Shown: piece after piece, positions 50,901 to 64,000 of the stretch
Numbering within the stretch: the stretch's first letter is position 1
Layout: the number at the start of each line of letters is the position of its first letter
Assembly (NCBI GenBank): GCA_043228905.1
Contig: JBHGNT010000018.1
Span: 4,216,001 to 4,280,000 of the forward strand
Length of the DNA: 64,000 nt
Direction: 5' to 3'
Origin: Azolla caroliniana
Lineage: Eukaryota > Plantae > Polypodiophyta
Made by a program: the position numbers and the translations under genes
Notes under the pieces: model-generated
Told to the model about the DNA's origin: nothing
Databases searched by the model: none
The model's input: the letters and a program-made list of their open reading frames with translations, nothing else

Positions 50901-52881
50901 TTGGAAGATGCCTATACCTCTCTTGGATGTGGACACTCGTTTGGTGGTGGGACTTTCAAGAAAGTGATGGAAACAGTATGTATCCCACTTTGTAGTACAC
51001 CTATTTATCTAAGAATCAGGTTTTGGTTGCTCCATAATAGCTCATGGATTTAATGTGTAAACTCTTTAAAGATTGTTTTAATGATTAGGAAATCAACATA
51101 TATATGCAAGCAAATTGATGGATTAGTCAATTTATTATTTCTCCTCAGTGCACTATAAGAATCTGATAACCCGAGTGCATAAAATTGTCTAAACATTTTT
51201 CCAAGCACAGGATAGTAGCTTTTTTAACAGTATTCTATTGATGAGAATACTCCATGCAATCTATATCTATCCATGGTATGAGGTCTAGCGTTGGAATTGG
51301 TAATTTCTTAATCTACTGAATGTTTATACGTTTTTGGAGATGGCATTTATTCATGAATGAAGTGGATCTATCTGGCATGTGGGTGGTGTTGGACTTTTGG
51401 CGCTGAATCTGACATGTGTGCATATGTTGATGTTCTGATGTTTGTGCTGATAGGATTAATCCCTGTCGTAGTCTCTAGTTGAATATACACAAAGAGTCGA
51501 GCACATTATGTGCATCTATGACACTTGTGTATGAATCATGTTACAGTTTTAACTGGCCGTCTTATATGGTATGATACTATTGTCTTTCCAGCAAAGATGC
51601 AGTACCTGTGGTGTATCTGTTAACCTTGAGCGCGTAATCCCTAACCATGGTAAACCATCTCAACAATAAACATAGAAAGTCCTCTCTTAGTTAAAAAAAA
51701 AGAACGAGTTTCTCATAATCTAAGATGTTTTTGTGTCAGTTCTGATAGTTCTTTTGATTGTTATTATTATTTTTCAACATTTTTCCATATCAGCATTGAG
51801 AGCTGCTGCAGCAGCATTCAAACAGGAAGAAATGAGGAGGCAGCAGCATCATAATACATCTCGGAAGCGAAGAAAAGAAACTGGGGAACATGGGGAGAAA
51901 CTAAAAAAATTAAAAGTAACTTATAATTTGTGGACACATTTCGATGCATTTTTTTCTGCTGGATATCTGGTTTTGTTCTTTTTTTTTTCTCAATTTGATC
52001 TATTTTATGACAGGAACTTCCTGGTTCTCCATCTAGTTATGATGGATCACACCATATTAAAGGAGTGCAATATCCATTTAATGTGAATGAGAAGGTTGTC
52101 ATCAAGGTGTGTGACAAGTTGTTTGTACTTCCTAATCCCTAAACACAAGAATCTTAACTGACTAAAGTAATCCATAAACCTCATCTCTGGATCATTGCTT
52201 GTTTCTACGTAGTAGGCCTAATAAGTTTGTATTGTCATCAAGGTACATGCCAAGTTCAGTGTATCTTGAAACATTCATCTTTGAACCCATGTTTGTTGCA
52301 TCCTAGGTCTATCATGGGGCTGTATTAAGTTCAAGTTCATATGTTTTGTGAGAATGCACGGAGTTTAACCCTGAATAACGAGTAAACCAAATATTTTCAC
52401 AAATGTGATTGACTAGCCTGCTCTTATTTGATGCATTAATAAGTACAATAGACGAGCTGTGTTCCATTTGATGGAGATGGATTTCTTATGATATCTTTGG
52501 TGCATGAAATAAATGGTTCTATCAGGGAAACAAGCGGACACCTGAAAAATTTGTTGGAAGAGAAGCTGTTGTTACATCGAAGTGCCTAAATGGGTGGTAA
52601 GTGGTTTTTATTTTCCTTCTTTTATGACAGTCTTGAGTGGCCCCAATCTTAGGACTGAAATCTAGTGATATCTCTTGAGAATTTGGTAATGATTGATATT
52701 CAAGTGGTTGTTTGGTTGCTGTTAAATTTTGTTTATTAGGTACTTGTTGAGGACATTAGATAATGGTGAGAGTGTTCGTTTGCAATATCGGTCATTAAAG
52801 GCATGCACACCGGACACTAGTAGTAATGGTGTGAACGAGCAACCGACACAACCACAAACTGTTGTGGAGATGACAAGCTGA
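44998..52881 (+). CDS. 2OG-Fe(II) oxygenase-like domain + U-box/RING-like domain + PUB62/63-type C-terminal domain protein
   Basis: Exons 44998-45671, 47037-47159, 47255-47441, 48128-48297, 48508-48682, 49485(or 49491)-49555, 50891-50975, 51592-51649, 51794-51915, 52014-52106, 52526-52596, 52740-52881 join in frame. Product includes LTLIAADSPGLQV, GDLLIITGRSLQH, RTSL; LSDPLTGAILEDA..CGHSFG..CSTC..IPNHALRAAA; KGVQYPFNVNEKVVIKGNKRTPEKFVGREAVVTSKCLNGWYLL..ESVRLQYRSL. Confidence 0.9.
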
Positions 52882-55800
52882 TGGTGGCACTGTTCTGATA
52901 ACAGAATATTGTTTTTTTTCACTCTTGATCAATGATTGAATTCCCCCTCACTTTTAACTTGACCAACCCTCTTCTTGTACATAGAAAAAAGTTGTCATGA
53001 CTCCGCCTTTGAAAGATTCGGGCTTGGTGGAAAATGAGAAGGATGCATGAAATTAACCTATCTCTATGCCTTCAAAACGCGCATCTTACACAACTTTTTT
53101 CGGAAAGCTGTTTGTGTGTGCATATATAATCCACCACTTGAAGAAGGTTGTTTCATATACTTGTAATAACCTTTAGGAGACGTAGACATTATGACCTAGT
53201 TTGTTGTATCTCTTATAATTTTTTGTAGGTTTGAAAAAATGTGGCAAAGTGGAGGTGGTTATTTAAAAAACCGAAAAAAGAAAGAAAGAAAAGCTTTGAA
53301 GATATCCTCCTCATTGACTCAAATCATATATATCATCCTTGTGCTTTTTTAGGGATCCTTTTGGAGTGGCTCCATATATTTGGTATATAACAAGATTTGA
53401 GTTGAAGAACCATATTTGGGGAGCAGTCGATGCAAAGTGGTCTCTCACAGTTAGAAAAACATGCTACCTCATACTTTAGGATATTGTAAAACTACCCTTA
53501 CATGCTTGTCCTTTTCATATGTATGGGACAGATTCCTGCTAATCTGAACCTTGATTAGTGTTTCTCATTCAAAATGTTGTGAGCTCAAACATTGTGATTT
53601 ATGCTTGATCATTGAACATCCCTTTAATACCCAATGTTTCTGTGATTGATATGCCATTTGATGCGTACTACTGCTGTATTCACTTCTTTTTATGGATTCC
53701 TACTTTCTAATGTAGGCAGAATTGTGATATGTTTGCTAATCATGGATGTGGGCCATCCTTGAGAGTGCATTGTTTTGTTGCCACAAGTGATATGTAAACA
53801 AGAAGGTTAATGGTTTTGATGTTAATGTTCTCAGATCATGGGCAAACTCTATACAATGCGAGGCCTAAAAATTTATGATAATGTTTGTTGGATTTCATTT
53901 TGGTGTACATGCATATGATTTTGTGGTGCAGAGACCCGTTTCTAAAATGTCTATGTTGATATTTCACTGCGTTGTGTTGGTTATGCCTAGCATCCCCTCT
54001 TATACATAACAATATACTTGGTTAGACTTGATATAATGATTGAGCAGATTGAAGAGCTAGCATCTTGTAGTTTGTTTAAATGCAAGGGGTTTGTAGGATT
54101 TGTTATGAATGTCTAGTTAGTCATGCTGTCTCAAGGGTTAAAACCAATGCATTGGGCAATCTATGAAAACTAGCGATTAGCTTGAAGCTTGAAGTCTACA
54201 AACTTGATTGTAGCAATAACATACTTTGCAAGCATGATAATGAAGTTATTAAGACATATACCTTGAACATTGTTATCTACAAAGTTGATAGTAGCAAGAA
54301 CATACTTTGCAAGCATGATAATGAAGGTGTTAAAATATTCAAAATATCCTCTATGTATTTAGAAAGCATTTCAAAATATCTACCACGATTTTAATTGAAT
54401 ATTGATTCCATTTATTATGATCTCGTTGCAAATGAATCCACACAATCATACTATTCTAGATTGTGCTTCTTGTTTGAGGTTTAAGGATTCTTATAAAGAT
54501 CACAAAATTTTAGTAAGTTTGGTTGGCATGACTATTTGTTTTATCTATGCAAAGTAATAAAGCATTTATGGATACTTTCTAAAGTATCACATAGTCAATC
54601 ACACTACTTCTGTTGTGTCTTCTACATGTAAAATCATTAGCATCCAACTATGCTATATTATCAAGTGCATTAGTTATTGATGGACCATTCCAATTCAAAT
54701 TGTAAAGAGTTGTAGCAAAAAACTAGATAGAATGATAGAAGAGAATAAGAAAAGAAGAAAGAAATAAGACAAGAATGTAATTATTTTAGGAAAAAGAACA
54801 AGATGACAAGATTCTGTTGGTGGAGAGGCACTATATAAATGTGCTATTTTTTTTCTAAAGAAAAAATATCCTTTCATTAGTATAAACAGTTTACAAGATT
54901 TCAAACGCTATGTGATTGACAGCAGAGTATAAATGTGCTATTTGAATGTAATAAAGGTGGAACCTATTTTCGGGAAAAAAACACAACCTGGAGAGAATTG
55001 ACCCAAATTTCAAGGATAAACCATATCAAGGTTCCACAAATTCTAAGTGTCAAAGAGCACAATGAAAAATATGCTAAAAAATATTTGACATTTAAAGCTG
55101 TTTTAGAGCCAACGAGAAGCTCTCCTTTACATTGAGAGTGCATTTGTTTTTCAAAATAGGTGTTGTTTCATTCATATTTTCTGTAGAAATGTCTACAATT
55201 TAGACCAGTTTTTTAAAACTTTAGAACCAATTAATTTTTTTTCCATGTTTCCCAATTTTAAGAACGTTTCAAAGACATGAAAGCCTAGGGTTAATATTAA
55301 AGACTATGCTAGAAGTGTGCAATCTTCTAGATATCTATTTTCATATAAGATATGATACATATATACATTTTTAATCAAATACCGTCCACATATGTTTTAA
55401 GTTTTCAGTATTCTGATCAGCTCTTGATTAATGGCATTCATTCTTCTTGTTTTGATTAAAGTCAAGGATATTATTCCTTTGGCTCAAATCACGGCTCATC
55501 TCATCAGCATTGGTTTAAACAAAGCCAAAGCCAAAGCCAAAGCCAAAGAGGGAGAGGAAGAGGAAGAGGAAGTGGATAATGATATGGATGATTGGTAATG
55601 TTGAAGAAGATAAAGAATCAGACGGTTCGACTACTGACGAAGGGGACAACGAAGAAGAAGAAGAAGAAGAAGAAGGAAATCTTAGGATGCTTAAGATATA
55701 CTACATCGTACGCATCTCTCTTTAAGATGTGTTTGAACATAGATCAGATGAAGAGCCAAACCATAATTGTTCGATAAGGCGAACCATGAACCTTAATGGT

Positions 55801-55910
55801 GTAAGAAGATAGGTGTGTATTTTAGTTGAACCATAATTTTTGTTTACCAGACTCAAAGTTGTGAAGGGGCTAACATCAAATCGATGGATTTTCAAATCCC
55901 AAGAAATGTG

Positions 55911-58900
55911 TTATAGAGTAATGTGGGAAGCATGATGCATACATATATACCACTTCCCGTCCCGTTTCTCAAATATGTTGGTTGCCAACTGTTTTCCCCA
56001 ACTTGACCCTTGGGTCCTAACTACCTCCAAGCATGTCACATAAGCCAAGCCACCTTTCACATGAACTTCCAGGTTCTGTAGCTCAATCTTGAGTGGTAAC
56101 CCTGATTCAGGTCCAATCATTAAATCCCAACTTGAAATGACCATATCATACCCTGATATCCGACCTGATCCTGGATGTATACAATGCACATTTTCTCCAA
56201 GAGCCCAAATGCTCCTCATTAATTTCATGTCTCCAGTCTCGAATGCTCGGTAAAATTTTGAGTTCGTACTTAACACTTTGGCTGTTTCAGTCTCAAGTAT
56301 GGCACGGAGTTGATCTCTCAATCTCGCAGCCTCTGAATAATTCTCCGACTCTATCGCGATCTGCAATTCCTTTTCAAGTAGATTCTCATCATTGATGTGT
56401 TTTTCTTTCTGGTAATTATTCTCACTCTCGCTATTATTAGCACTTGATGAATGTATTGGAGGGGAAACACGCTTTTGAGGACGCTGTGGATGTAGTGTTC
56501 TGCATTTGCATTGCACAAATAAGAAGGCTAAGGAACTATGTGACAATGCTATCAATTACTCTTACTGCCAACATCGCAATATCTATAGTAAAGACAAAAC
56601 GAAATCACATGGACTTTTTCTAGATTTTAATGTGTATAACTGAATCAGGAAAATTATCGATTAGATATGTATGTTAAAAAGCATCTGGATGTCCCTAGCC
56701 AGAACTAATTTACATTTTCAGATATTTAGATCCAGGCAAATCTTACTTGACTAGAAATGTTAGCATGTCCACTTGGTAAGTGGGCGAACATCTACTTGTA
56801 TGCATGTTGCATGATCACCAAAGCTTGGAAGTTATATCTCTAGGCATACATAATCTACATCCCAATGTCACTAAGATAAATCATCAAATTTTGCAACATC
56901 AAAACATTTTTACCCAAAAACAAAGTGTCAGCAATGACAACTCCACAGTCACTATATTTCCTTCACGAAGGTGGTAATAACTCCTAGGAATTCATTTCTT
57001 TCAAAAGATTCAACGGATTATACCAACAATTTATATTAACTTTTCATGTGAGATTTAGCTCAAGTATTTTTCTAAACTCTTCCATTATGCTTTTCTGACA
57101 CCTCTAAACTAGACCAAGCCAATGCATAATGAATTACAAACATATATGCAAAGTATAAACGAGGGATACTCACCTAAAAAAAATCTCAAAATATGCTTCT
57201 CTTTTTCTCAAAAATAGCTTCCCATTATTCATCATGTTAGAGCAGCCGCCATCTGCACGCCTGCCTGTAAACATAATATTATGTTGTCCGTGTGATGAGC
57301 TTGATGCTTCCAGTAAATGACGAAACCAAAGCAATTGTACAAGCATTTGATAGTTTGTGACAAATTAGTCTGACCATCACATGGATGCACTATATCATCC
57401 CTATATTATTACGAACAAGAGTAGGGTACAATCAAAGAGCGTACCACCAAGTCAATTTTAAAATGATTACACCAATATTGATCCAATTACAACGACAAAC
57501 TATATATGCCTTTTTAAGAGTACAAATCTATCTCAAAATAGGAATATTCCCTAAAGTAATTTGGTTACAACTTACAAGTACTGCAAAGAAAATTTGGCAT
57601 GAGATGGAACTGGTAGCTATGAAGGGGATTTGAGTTTGATCCTTGTCGATGCTATTTCATTTTCTTTTGATAAGTATTATTATCATCATATGCATACAAA
57701 CACATACATGAAAGGAGTTTTGCATTCTGTTATCTGCTTTCCTGTCGAGATTCCTTCATCTTCATTTCTAAAGTAGAAATACTAACATGGAACTTTTTGT
57801 GCAAAATAGGTTTCAGATATCTCCAATCAATATTGTGAAGAATAGAGTGCGGAAGCTTGTAGACAAACTGGCCCAGCCGGATTACAACAATAAAACAGAG
57901 AAAGAAGGTTTAATGGAAGCTTAAGAACAGAGAATACACAAGAGAGACAGAGAGAGCAGAAAACATAAACTCAATTCAAAATAATAACACTCTGCACATA
58001 CAATGTGCTCAGTGAGCACTTTTATACAAGTCCATGACGGGATTGACAGAAGTACTGATAAGTACTTCAATGCTCATACGAGTGACTAACACTGACTCCC
58101 AAAAATAGGCCTACATACTAGGCTAGATTCGTAGGCCTCTAACAGCCTACCGGTTCCAATCCGATCCGTCTCTCTGATCCATCTCGCCTATCCGGTTCTC
58201 TGTTCTGGATACCGATCCGGCTCTGGTGTATTCCGTCGATCCGGATCCGGTTGAGCTTGTCCGCTCAACAAATATCATCAAAGGACGTGCTGTATTAGAT
58301 TTTCATCTCTATGTTCAATCAAGTACATACATTGTGTTGCTTTAATCAAGGGATTGATTGTGCCATGAAAGCATACGTCACCATCTATAGGCAAACCATG
58401 TACTTTTCAGTGAAAGGATCCACCTTGTATTTACCTTGCATTCACTCAATATTTGCATAAATCCCTCACCTACTCAAAAGGGTATGGTGAGATCAACACA
58501 TAATATGTCAGGATCTAAATAGGTCCATATTTTTCCTTTTAGGAAACATGTATCTCTATATCCTTGAATACATTATTATTTTATTTGCTCAAGTCTTATC
58601 CATCTTCACTCCATCCCTCCATCATCATTGAGTGCAATTTCATTAAAGAAAGATGCAGGTCAAGAATGAAATTCCTCACATCACTCATGCACACGATTCC
58701 TAGCTTAAACAACATTGCCAATTCAAGGAAGCATGGAGATGAAGCTTGAACACATGTTAATGAAAGCATATATCAATAGTATATATATAAAGAGATATCC
58801 ACTAGTTTCCTTCAAAGATAATAACCTTCATTACATATTTTTCGATCTCTCAAAACCTTCTTGAATTCATGACATCTTTCATTTCTTAATCCAAATGCAT

Positions 58901-59373
58901 TCATTCAACCAATGATCATTAAAAGTACCCATCAATTTCATCACATCTTTCCTTCATCTTTCATATGCATTCAACAAAAAATGTTTTCAAGGTGTTCATC
59001 AATTTCTTGACACGTTTCAATTTATTGTTCTATATTCATTGAACCCAATGATATCTGAAGATATCCACCAATTTCATTACATCTTTAAAACTCAGTTATG
59101 TGAAGATACGCCATCAATTCATCACATCTTTCAGTTATTCATCCATATAAAATCAAACCAAATTCAGTAAAGAAAACCATAAAAGCCAAAAGAGCAACAT
59201 AGTGAGGATCTTATAAAGCCTCGCATCCTCCTTTAAGGCCTCAAATCCTTCTGACTGACTTTAGGGAATAAGCGAAGTATTATGAAAGAGACAGAAGGGA
59301 ATAGGTAGGGTTTGTTGGGGTTACCTGGGAGGAGCCAGAGAGGCATTCGAGAAGCCATAGCTGATGCCATCAT
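55911..59373 (-). CDS. UVR (UvrB/UvrC) coiled-coil + SnoaL/NTF2-like domain protein, probably organelle-targeted
   Basis: Exons 59373-59325 (MMASAMASRMPLWLLP), 57264-57174 and 56499-55911 splice in frame with GT-AG. Motifs ELQIAIESENYSEAARLRDQL (UVR), NSKFYRAF..W..CIHPG..GY..V..SW, ATNIFEK..GKWYICMHHAS. The start exon is less certain. Confidence 0.85.
57834..58270 (-). mobile_element. Solo LTR in intron 1 of the UVR-SnoaL gene
   Basis: TG...CA termini, 5-bp TSD AATAT (57829-57833 / 58271-58275), minus-strand TATAAAAG near 58020. Confidence 0.85.
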
Positions 59374-59419
59374 TGGATTCATTCTTCAGGGGGATCCTGT
59401 CGCTTCTTTTATATACATT

Positions 59420-59900
59420 ATAACATATACATACATGTAGATGCGTATGGGTATGGGTATGGGTATGGGTATATGCGTATGCGTATATGTGTGTGTATAT
59501 GTATGTATACATACATACATACATACATTATTATACATATATACATACGTATATATATATATATATCATATATGTATGTATGTATATGTGTATGTGTATA
59601 TGTGTGTGTGTATATGTGTATATATATACACACACAAATATAGATGTATATATACATATATGTACATGTCTATGTATACCTATACATATTTGTTATATGT
59701 GTATGTGGACGTGTACGTGTACGCCTATGAATAATGTGTGTATTTGTATGTGCATTAGTATGACTACATGTTAATATACATGCATAAACGCTTATGCCTA
59801 TACCTCTATACACCATGCCTGCATATACGGTTATGCCTATACCTCTACACGTATATGTCTATTTGTGTATGTGTATGAATGTGTGTATAGCATACTTGTA
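59420..59900. repeat. (TA)n/(TG)n/(TACA)n/(GGGTAT)n low-complexity tract
   Basis: Directly visible. Confidence 0.85.
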
Positions 59901-60067
59901 TGTGTATTAAGATTCAATAGACGTGCAACACATTACCAATAGAAATGGGTTCTAAGCTACCCTAGCAATGCATGTATATGTATGTACATGGACATGTGTA
60001 TGCGTACCCATCTCATAAACCACAATTGGTCTCATGTGGACGTTAACATAATATCTCTCTCTACACA

Positions 60068-60714
60068 TGGCTGCATAGGATGGGAGTAGAGTCTACTTGC
60101 GCACGATGTCGTTTACAAATGGAAACTCAAAAACATTGCTTATGGGAATGTATTGAGTCTCAATTGATATGGCAACGTCTCCTTAGAATTTTTGCTAATT
60201 ATTTCTCCCCGTTGGTTTTCACTTGGGGTATGGTGGTTTGGACATCTCTTGTCCGTGATGTATTTCATTATGATAACGAATCAATGGACCATGGATTTTG
60301 CACTAATTTTGGAAGAGTACATAAAGTACCATTGTTGTCACTACAGTTTACAGGAATACGAAAGGAAGTCCAACCAGTATGGGAGATATTGAGTAGTACC
60401 ACTATATATCATATTTGGAAGACTAGGTGCTCTCTTATTTTCCAACAACTGAAAACACCACCGGCCGAATTGGTCTCAAATATTTGGTTAGACATAGTGC
60501 ATACTTTGAAGGGACAATGGGATGGTATTATTGGTGACTCTGATGCTAAGATTGCTCAACGGCATGAGTTTATCACTATATGGAAACCTTCTCCATTCAT
60601 GACAACCAACTGTGGTACTCCTTATTGGCATTATCAACCTCCGAAATGGTTGTTTCCCCCCCCAATTACATAGAACTTTGAATCTTGTAAAATGACTATA
60701 CTAATGACAGGATA

Positions 60715-60745
<31 letters not shown>
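60068..60745 (+). mobile_element. L1/Tx1-type LINE 3' fragment with poly(A) and long TSD
   Basis: 197-aa ORF 60080-60673 (CARC..ETQKHCLWEC; IWKTRC), poly(A) 60722-60745, TSD CATAATATCTCTCTCTACACA (60047-60067 / 60746-60766). Confidence 0.88.
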
Positions 60746-63700
60746 CATAATATCTCTCTCTACACACAATTGCCATTGCCTATATTTACACTTTGCCTCT
60801 AGGAGCCCAAGTACAAATGCACAAATGAGTCTCAAGTGCGTGTGTTTGTTGGGGGGGGGGGGTGGATTCTGTATTGTGACAAGTTCCATAGTATCTAGAT
60901 ATTTGGATAATCACGAGGAGAACAATAGAGACGATGACAAAGTATTCTCACATTACACTGAAAAAGATGACAAAATCTATCCTATGTAAACATTGAGAAG
61001 TGACACTACGCATGGCCAAGATTCAACACTTTAACTCTCAAGGTTCACACATGGTTAGTGAGTATCCCATCAAACAAGACTACTAAGGTCTAAGTGCGAA
61101 TTGGGCTCAATACAACATTTTGGGAATTCAACAAAACATCTACATGCCATGCAAGGGTTTGTTCGTGGTTCCAATGGGAGGCAATGTGGCTTGGTTGTTG
61201 TTGTGTTCACTTGAACTTGAATGACAGGAATGTGGCACTAAAAAAGTAGCTAAGAGGGAGAGGATGCAAAAGCCTCACTAGAATAAAAAGTTCTCGAAGC
61301 ATATGATGTCCATACCTTATTTCTAGCTTGGTAGTGGGGAACTACTTCCAAAAGAAGGTGAAACGCAACTAGACACAATCCTGCAATCTCATGTAGTGTC
61401 TTATCCAAATCCTTGTGCTGAAATATGCAAATAAAAAACTATGCAAACCTCATTCACAAAGAGTAGCATGTGAATAGCCAAGATAAGGTACACCAAGCTG
61501 CCATGAATTCAACTAGAAAAGAGCAAACGATTTCCCCTTACATGATCCATTGCTTCATGGGGTAGACATGTAAATGAAGGCTAAAACAACCGAAGCAATA
61601 TGAGAATTAAGGAACTAGTATCAATCGTGAGCGTAATAAAATTGAATGACCACATCAAATGTGTTGAAATATGGATCATTGTGTTGATATAATGCCAAGT
61701 TTGAACATAAAGACGGAAGGTTGAACATGTTACTACAAGCTATTGCAAGTAAGTTCACTTTACATGACATGACTTTAGTACAAGGGTGGATATTCAGGGG
61801 TCCCAATGTTTGTAAGACAACATAACATCTTTCAAACTCCACACACAATGAAACATAACCATGTTTATGGCATTCCACACAATTCTTTTGATTGACTTTT
61901 ATCAAATGATTTTTTACAGCACATGCTTAGTAGTATATTGAATTTAAGGAAATACCATAAGTGTGTTCAATTAAATGAATTCAATTCAATTTCATATCAT
62001 CACAACATGTTGATTTTTGCTCGCCCTATTAATGTTGATCCCATATTCCTCATTCAAACAAATGGTATACTTAATAGTTTCATGTGTCTATGATTTGTGA
62101 TGATTGTTTGGCCATAAAAACCTGCTATTGATCAATGTTCCAATTGTTTGCTTTGACAAATTACTGATCATGTTAGTAAAAAAAGAAGTCATTGTCACAC
62201 TTTATGCCATTGATATGGAAACTATATTAGCATCTTTGATACTCACATCATCATGTAGCTTGATAACAAGAAGCTTATCATTGTTTACATGGTAGACAAA
62301 GATCACCATTAGTGATCTAGAGAATGTGGTTGCTGGGGATTAGAAATTTGGATCAGGTTTAGATGTGTAGCTAAAGAACAGGATTTGTGGCTATTCCAGG
62401 GATGTGCTTTTCTTTACATTTAGATCTTTCACTTTTTTTTAATATCAAACTAAATCTCCATTTATTAATTTGTATGTACAATTTGTGCTTGGTATGCTGG
62501 GCTTTTGAAAAGATGTTTTCAACCAAGATTAGTATGACCAAGATGATGGAAAATCTCCTTGTCGCAAGAAGCGTGCATAAAATGATCCAGCTGCATCTTG
62601 ATGCAATGTGATGAAGTTTACTTCTTCAAAAGATTCTCTGCTTGCCATAATGCACCCAAATGATGATATGGAGGATTTCTATCACCATCAATGAAAGAAA
62701 AGTCCGACTAGCTAAGAAGTGTGTACGATGGCATATCTTCGATCTGCTTGACCGACTCCATGGTTAGCTCTTGCTCAAGTTGAGATCGTGTAGCTTTCAT
62801 TACCGCCTGGATTCAACAAAAGGAATAATTCAATAACATCAAATGCCATGACTAGCCAAATGCCCCTAATTAACACTCTAGGAAGAGAATAGTTAGCTCT
62901 TGCTCAAGTAGCACCATAGATAATGGCTTGAGAATAGTTTATTCTTTTTTTTTCCTGAAGGGGGAGACAGCAAAGGCATTTGAGGAGATTAACTACGAAC
63001 TTAGGTGCATTTGTGAAACTAAAGAAAGATGCAGGGGTATGTTTTTCGGGTTTCCCCGTGAACAATTTAGGATCTAGCTAATTAGAACACAGCTCTTGCT
63101 TCATGAGGTTCTAACTAATTGCATTTGTTTCAATCTTGGGAATTGGTTCTGCATGCAACTATACTCATCATATTTGTGTGTTTGTGTAGGTGCACTGTCT
63201 CTTATTTATGTGGTTGCTGTGTGTCAGAGGAAATGGAGGACAATATAAATAAATGCCCTCATCTCTTCGAATGCTGTTATTCGTAAAGACGGATATCATG
63301 ACTTGATGACCATCTCCTTGTTTCCAATCAATTGTGCAGGTTTTCACCTCACATTGAGGTTTTCATCAATAATATGATGTATTTTATGTATATGAAATAA
63401 ATAAATATATAAATTCCCTTTTCTCTACATGCATTTCGGTGTACTCACATTGAATTCCATATATGAAGCATGCATTGAGAGCCATAGTGTATCCATAACT
63501 TTAAATGCCACACAGTATAGCAAGTCAAAAGCTGTCTCTTGTTCTGCAAGAAACAAAAGTCAAACACCAATCCAAAGTTTTGACTGAATATCTGCAATAT
63601 ATGGCTCCAAAAGAAAAAGGAGCACATTGCAACTTGATATACGAAATTAGGTAGGTTCTAATTCCTCTAGATGATTTTCAATTGATCTAGAGCACATCAA

Positions 63701-64000
63701 CTTGTAACCTGTACAGATGACCTACCGGCCAATATCCTGACAAAGGATGATCCAATCCATGATCTTGGCTTGTCTGAAGAAATCAAACATGGTATGTGGT
63801 TTTACAAAACGAACCAAGGGTTATGGAATGCAATAAAACTATCGTAAACACTTACAAGAGCGAAGATCGAGCATTTGAATTAACATAAACGTAATGTTGA
63901 CACCAGCAACTGCGAAAGGGTACTCCCATGTGGCCCTCCTCCCTCCTTTCTTATATAGCAACTGTTGAAAAGATCGCTGGAAAAAAGAATTTCCAAAACT

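Noticed and set aside
57174-57264. Suspected frameshift in the A9 run of UVR-SnoaL exon 2
   Set aside because: On recount the 91-nt exon joins phase 1 to phase 2 correctly with no stop.

Overview
AT-rich, intron-containing land-plant nuclear DNA, most likely a non-seed plant such as a fern (inferred from the Tcn1-like chromovirus and RTEX-like LINEs, not proven). Four spliced host genes can be reconstructed: an intron-rich CIPK (- strand, running off the left edge), plastid ClpP5 (-), a 2OG-oxygenase-like/U-box PUB62-type fusion gene (+), and a UVR+SnoaL (NTF2-like) gene (-). A 16-kb nested retroelement cluster (18.2-34.7 kb) lies between ClpP5 and the PUB62-type gene: a Copia element whose LTR (CT)n tract holds a near-complete LINE, a second decayed LINE interrupted by a full-length Ty3/gypsy chromovirus, and a post-insertion tandem triplication. 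The chromovirus is the most unusual object. It has no tRNA primer site but a Tf1-style 11-nt self-priming match, a G_TTA_AAC -1 frameshift site with a stem/pseudoknot, and an antisense tRNA-like A/B-box cassette at the start of each LTR. Also present are several solo LTRs with TSDs, a TRIM-like element, a SINE, L1-type 3' fragments that share a 5' boundary, and many local tandem duplications. All calls were made by eye without database searches.
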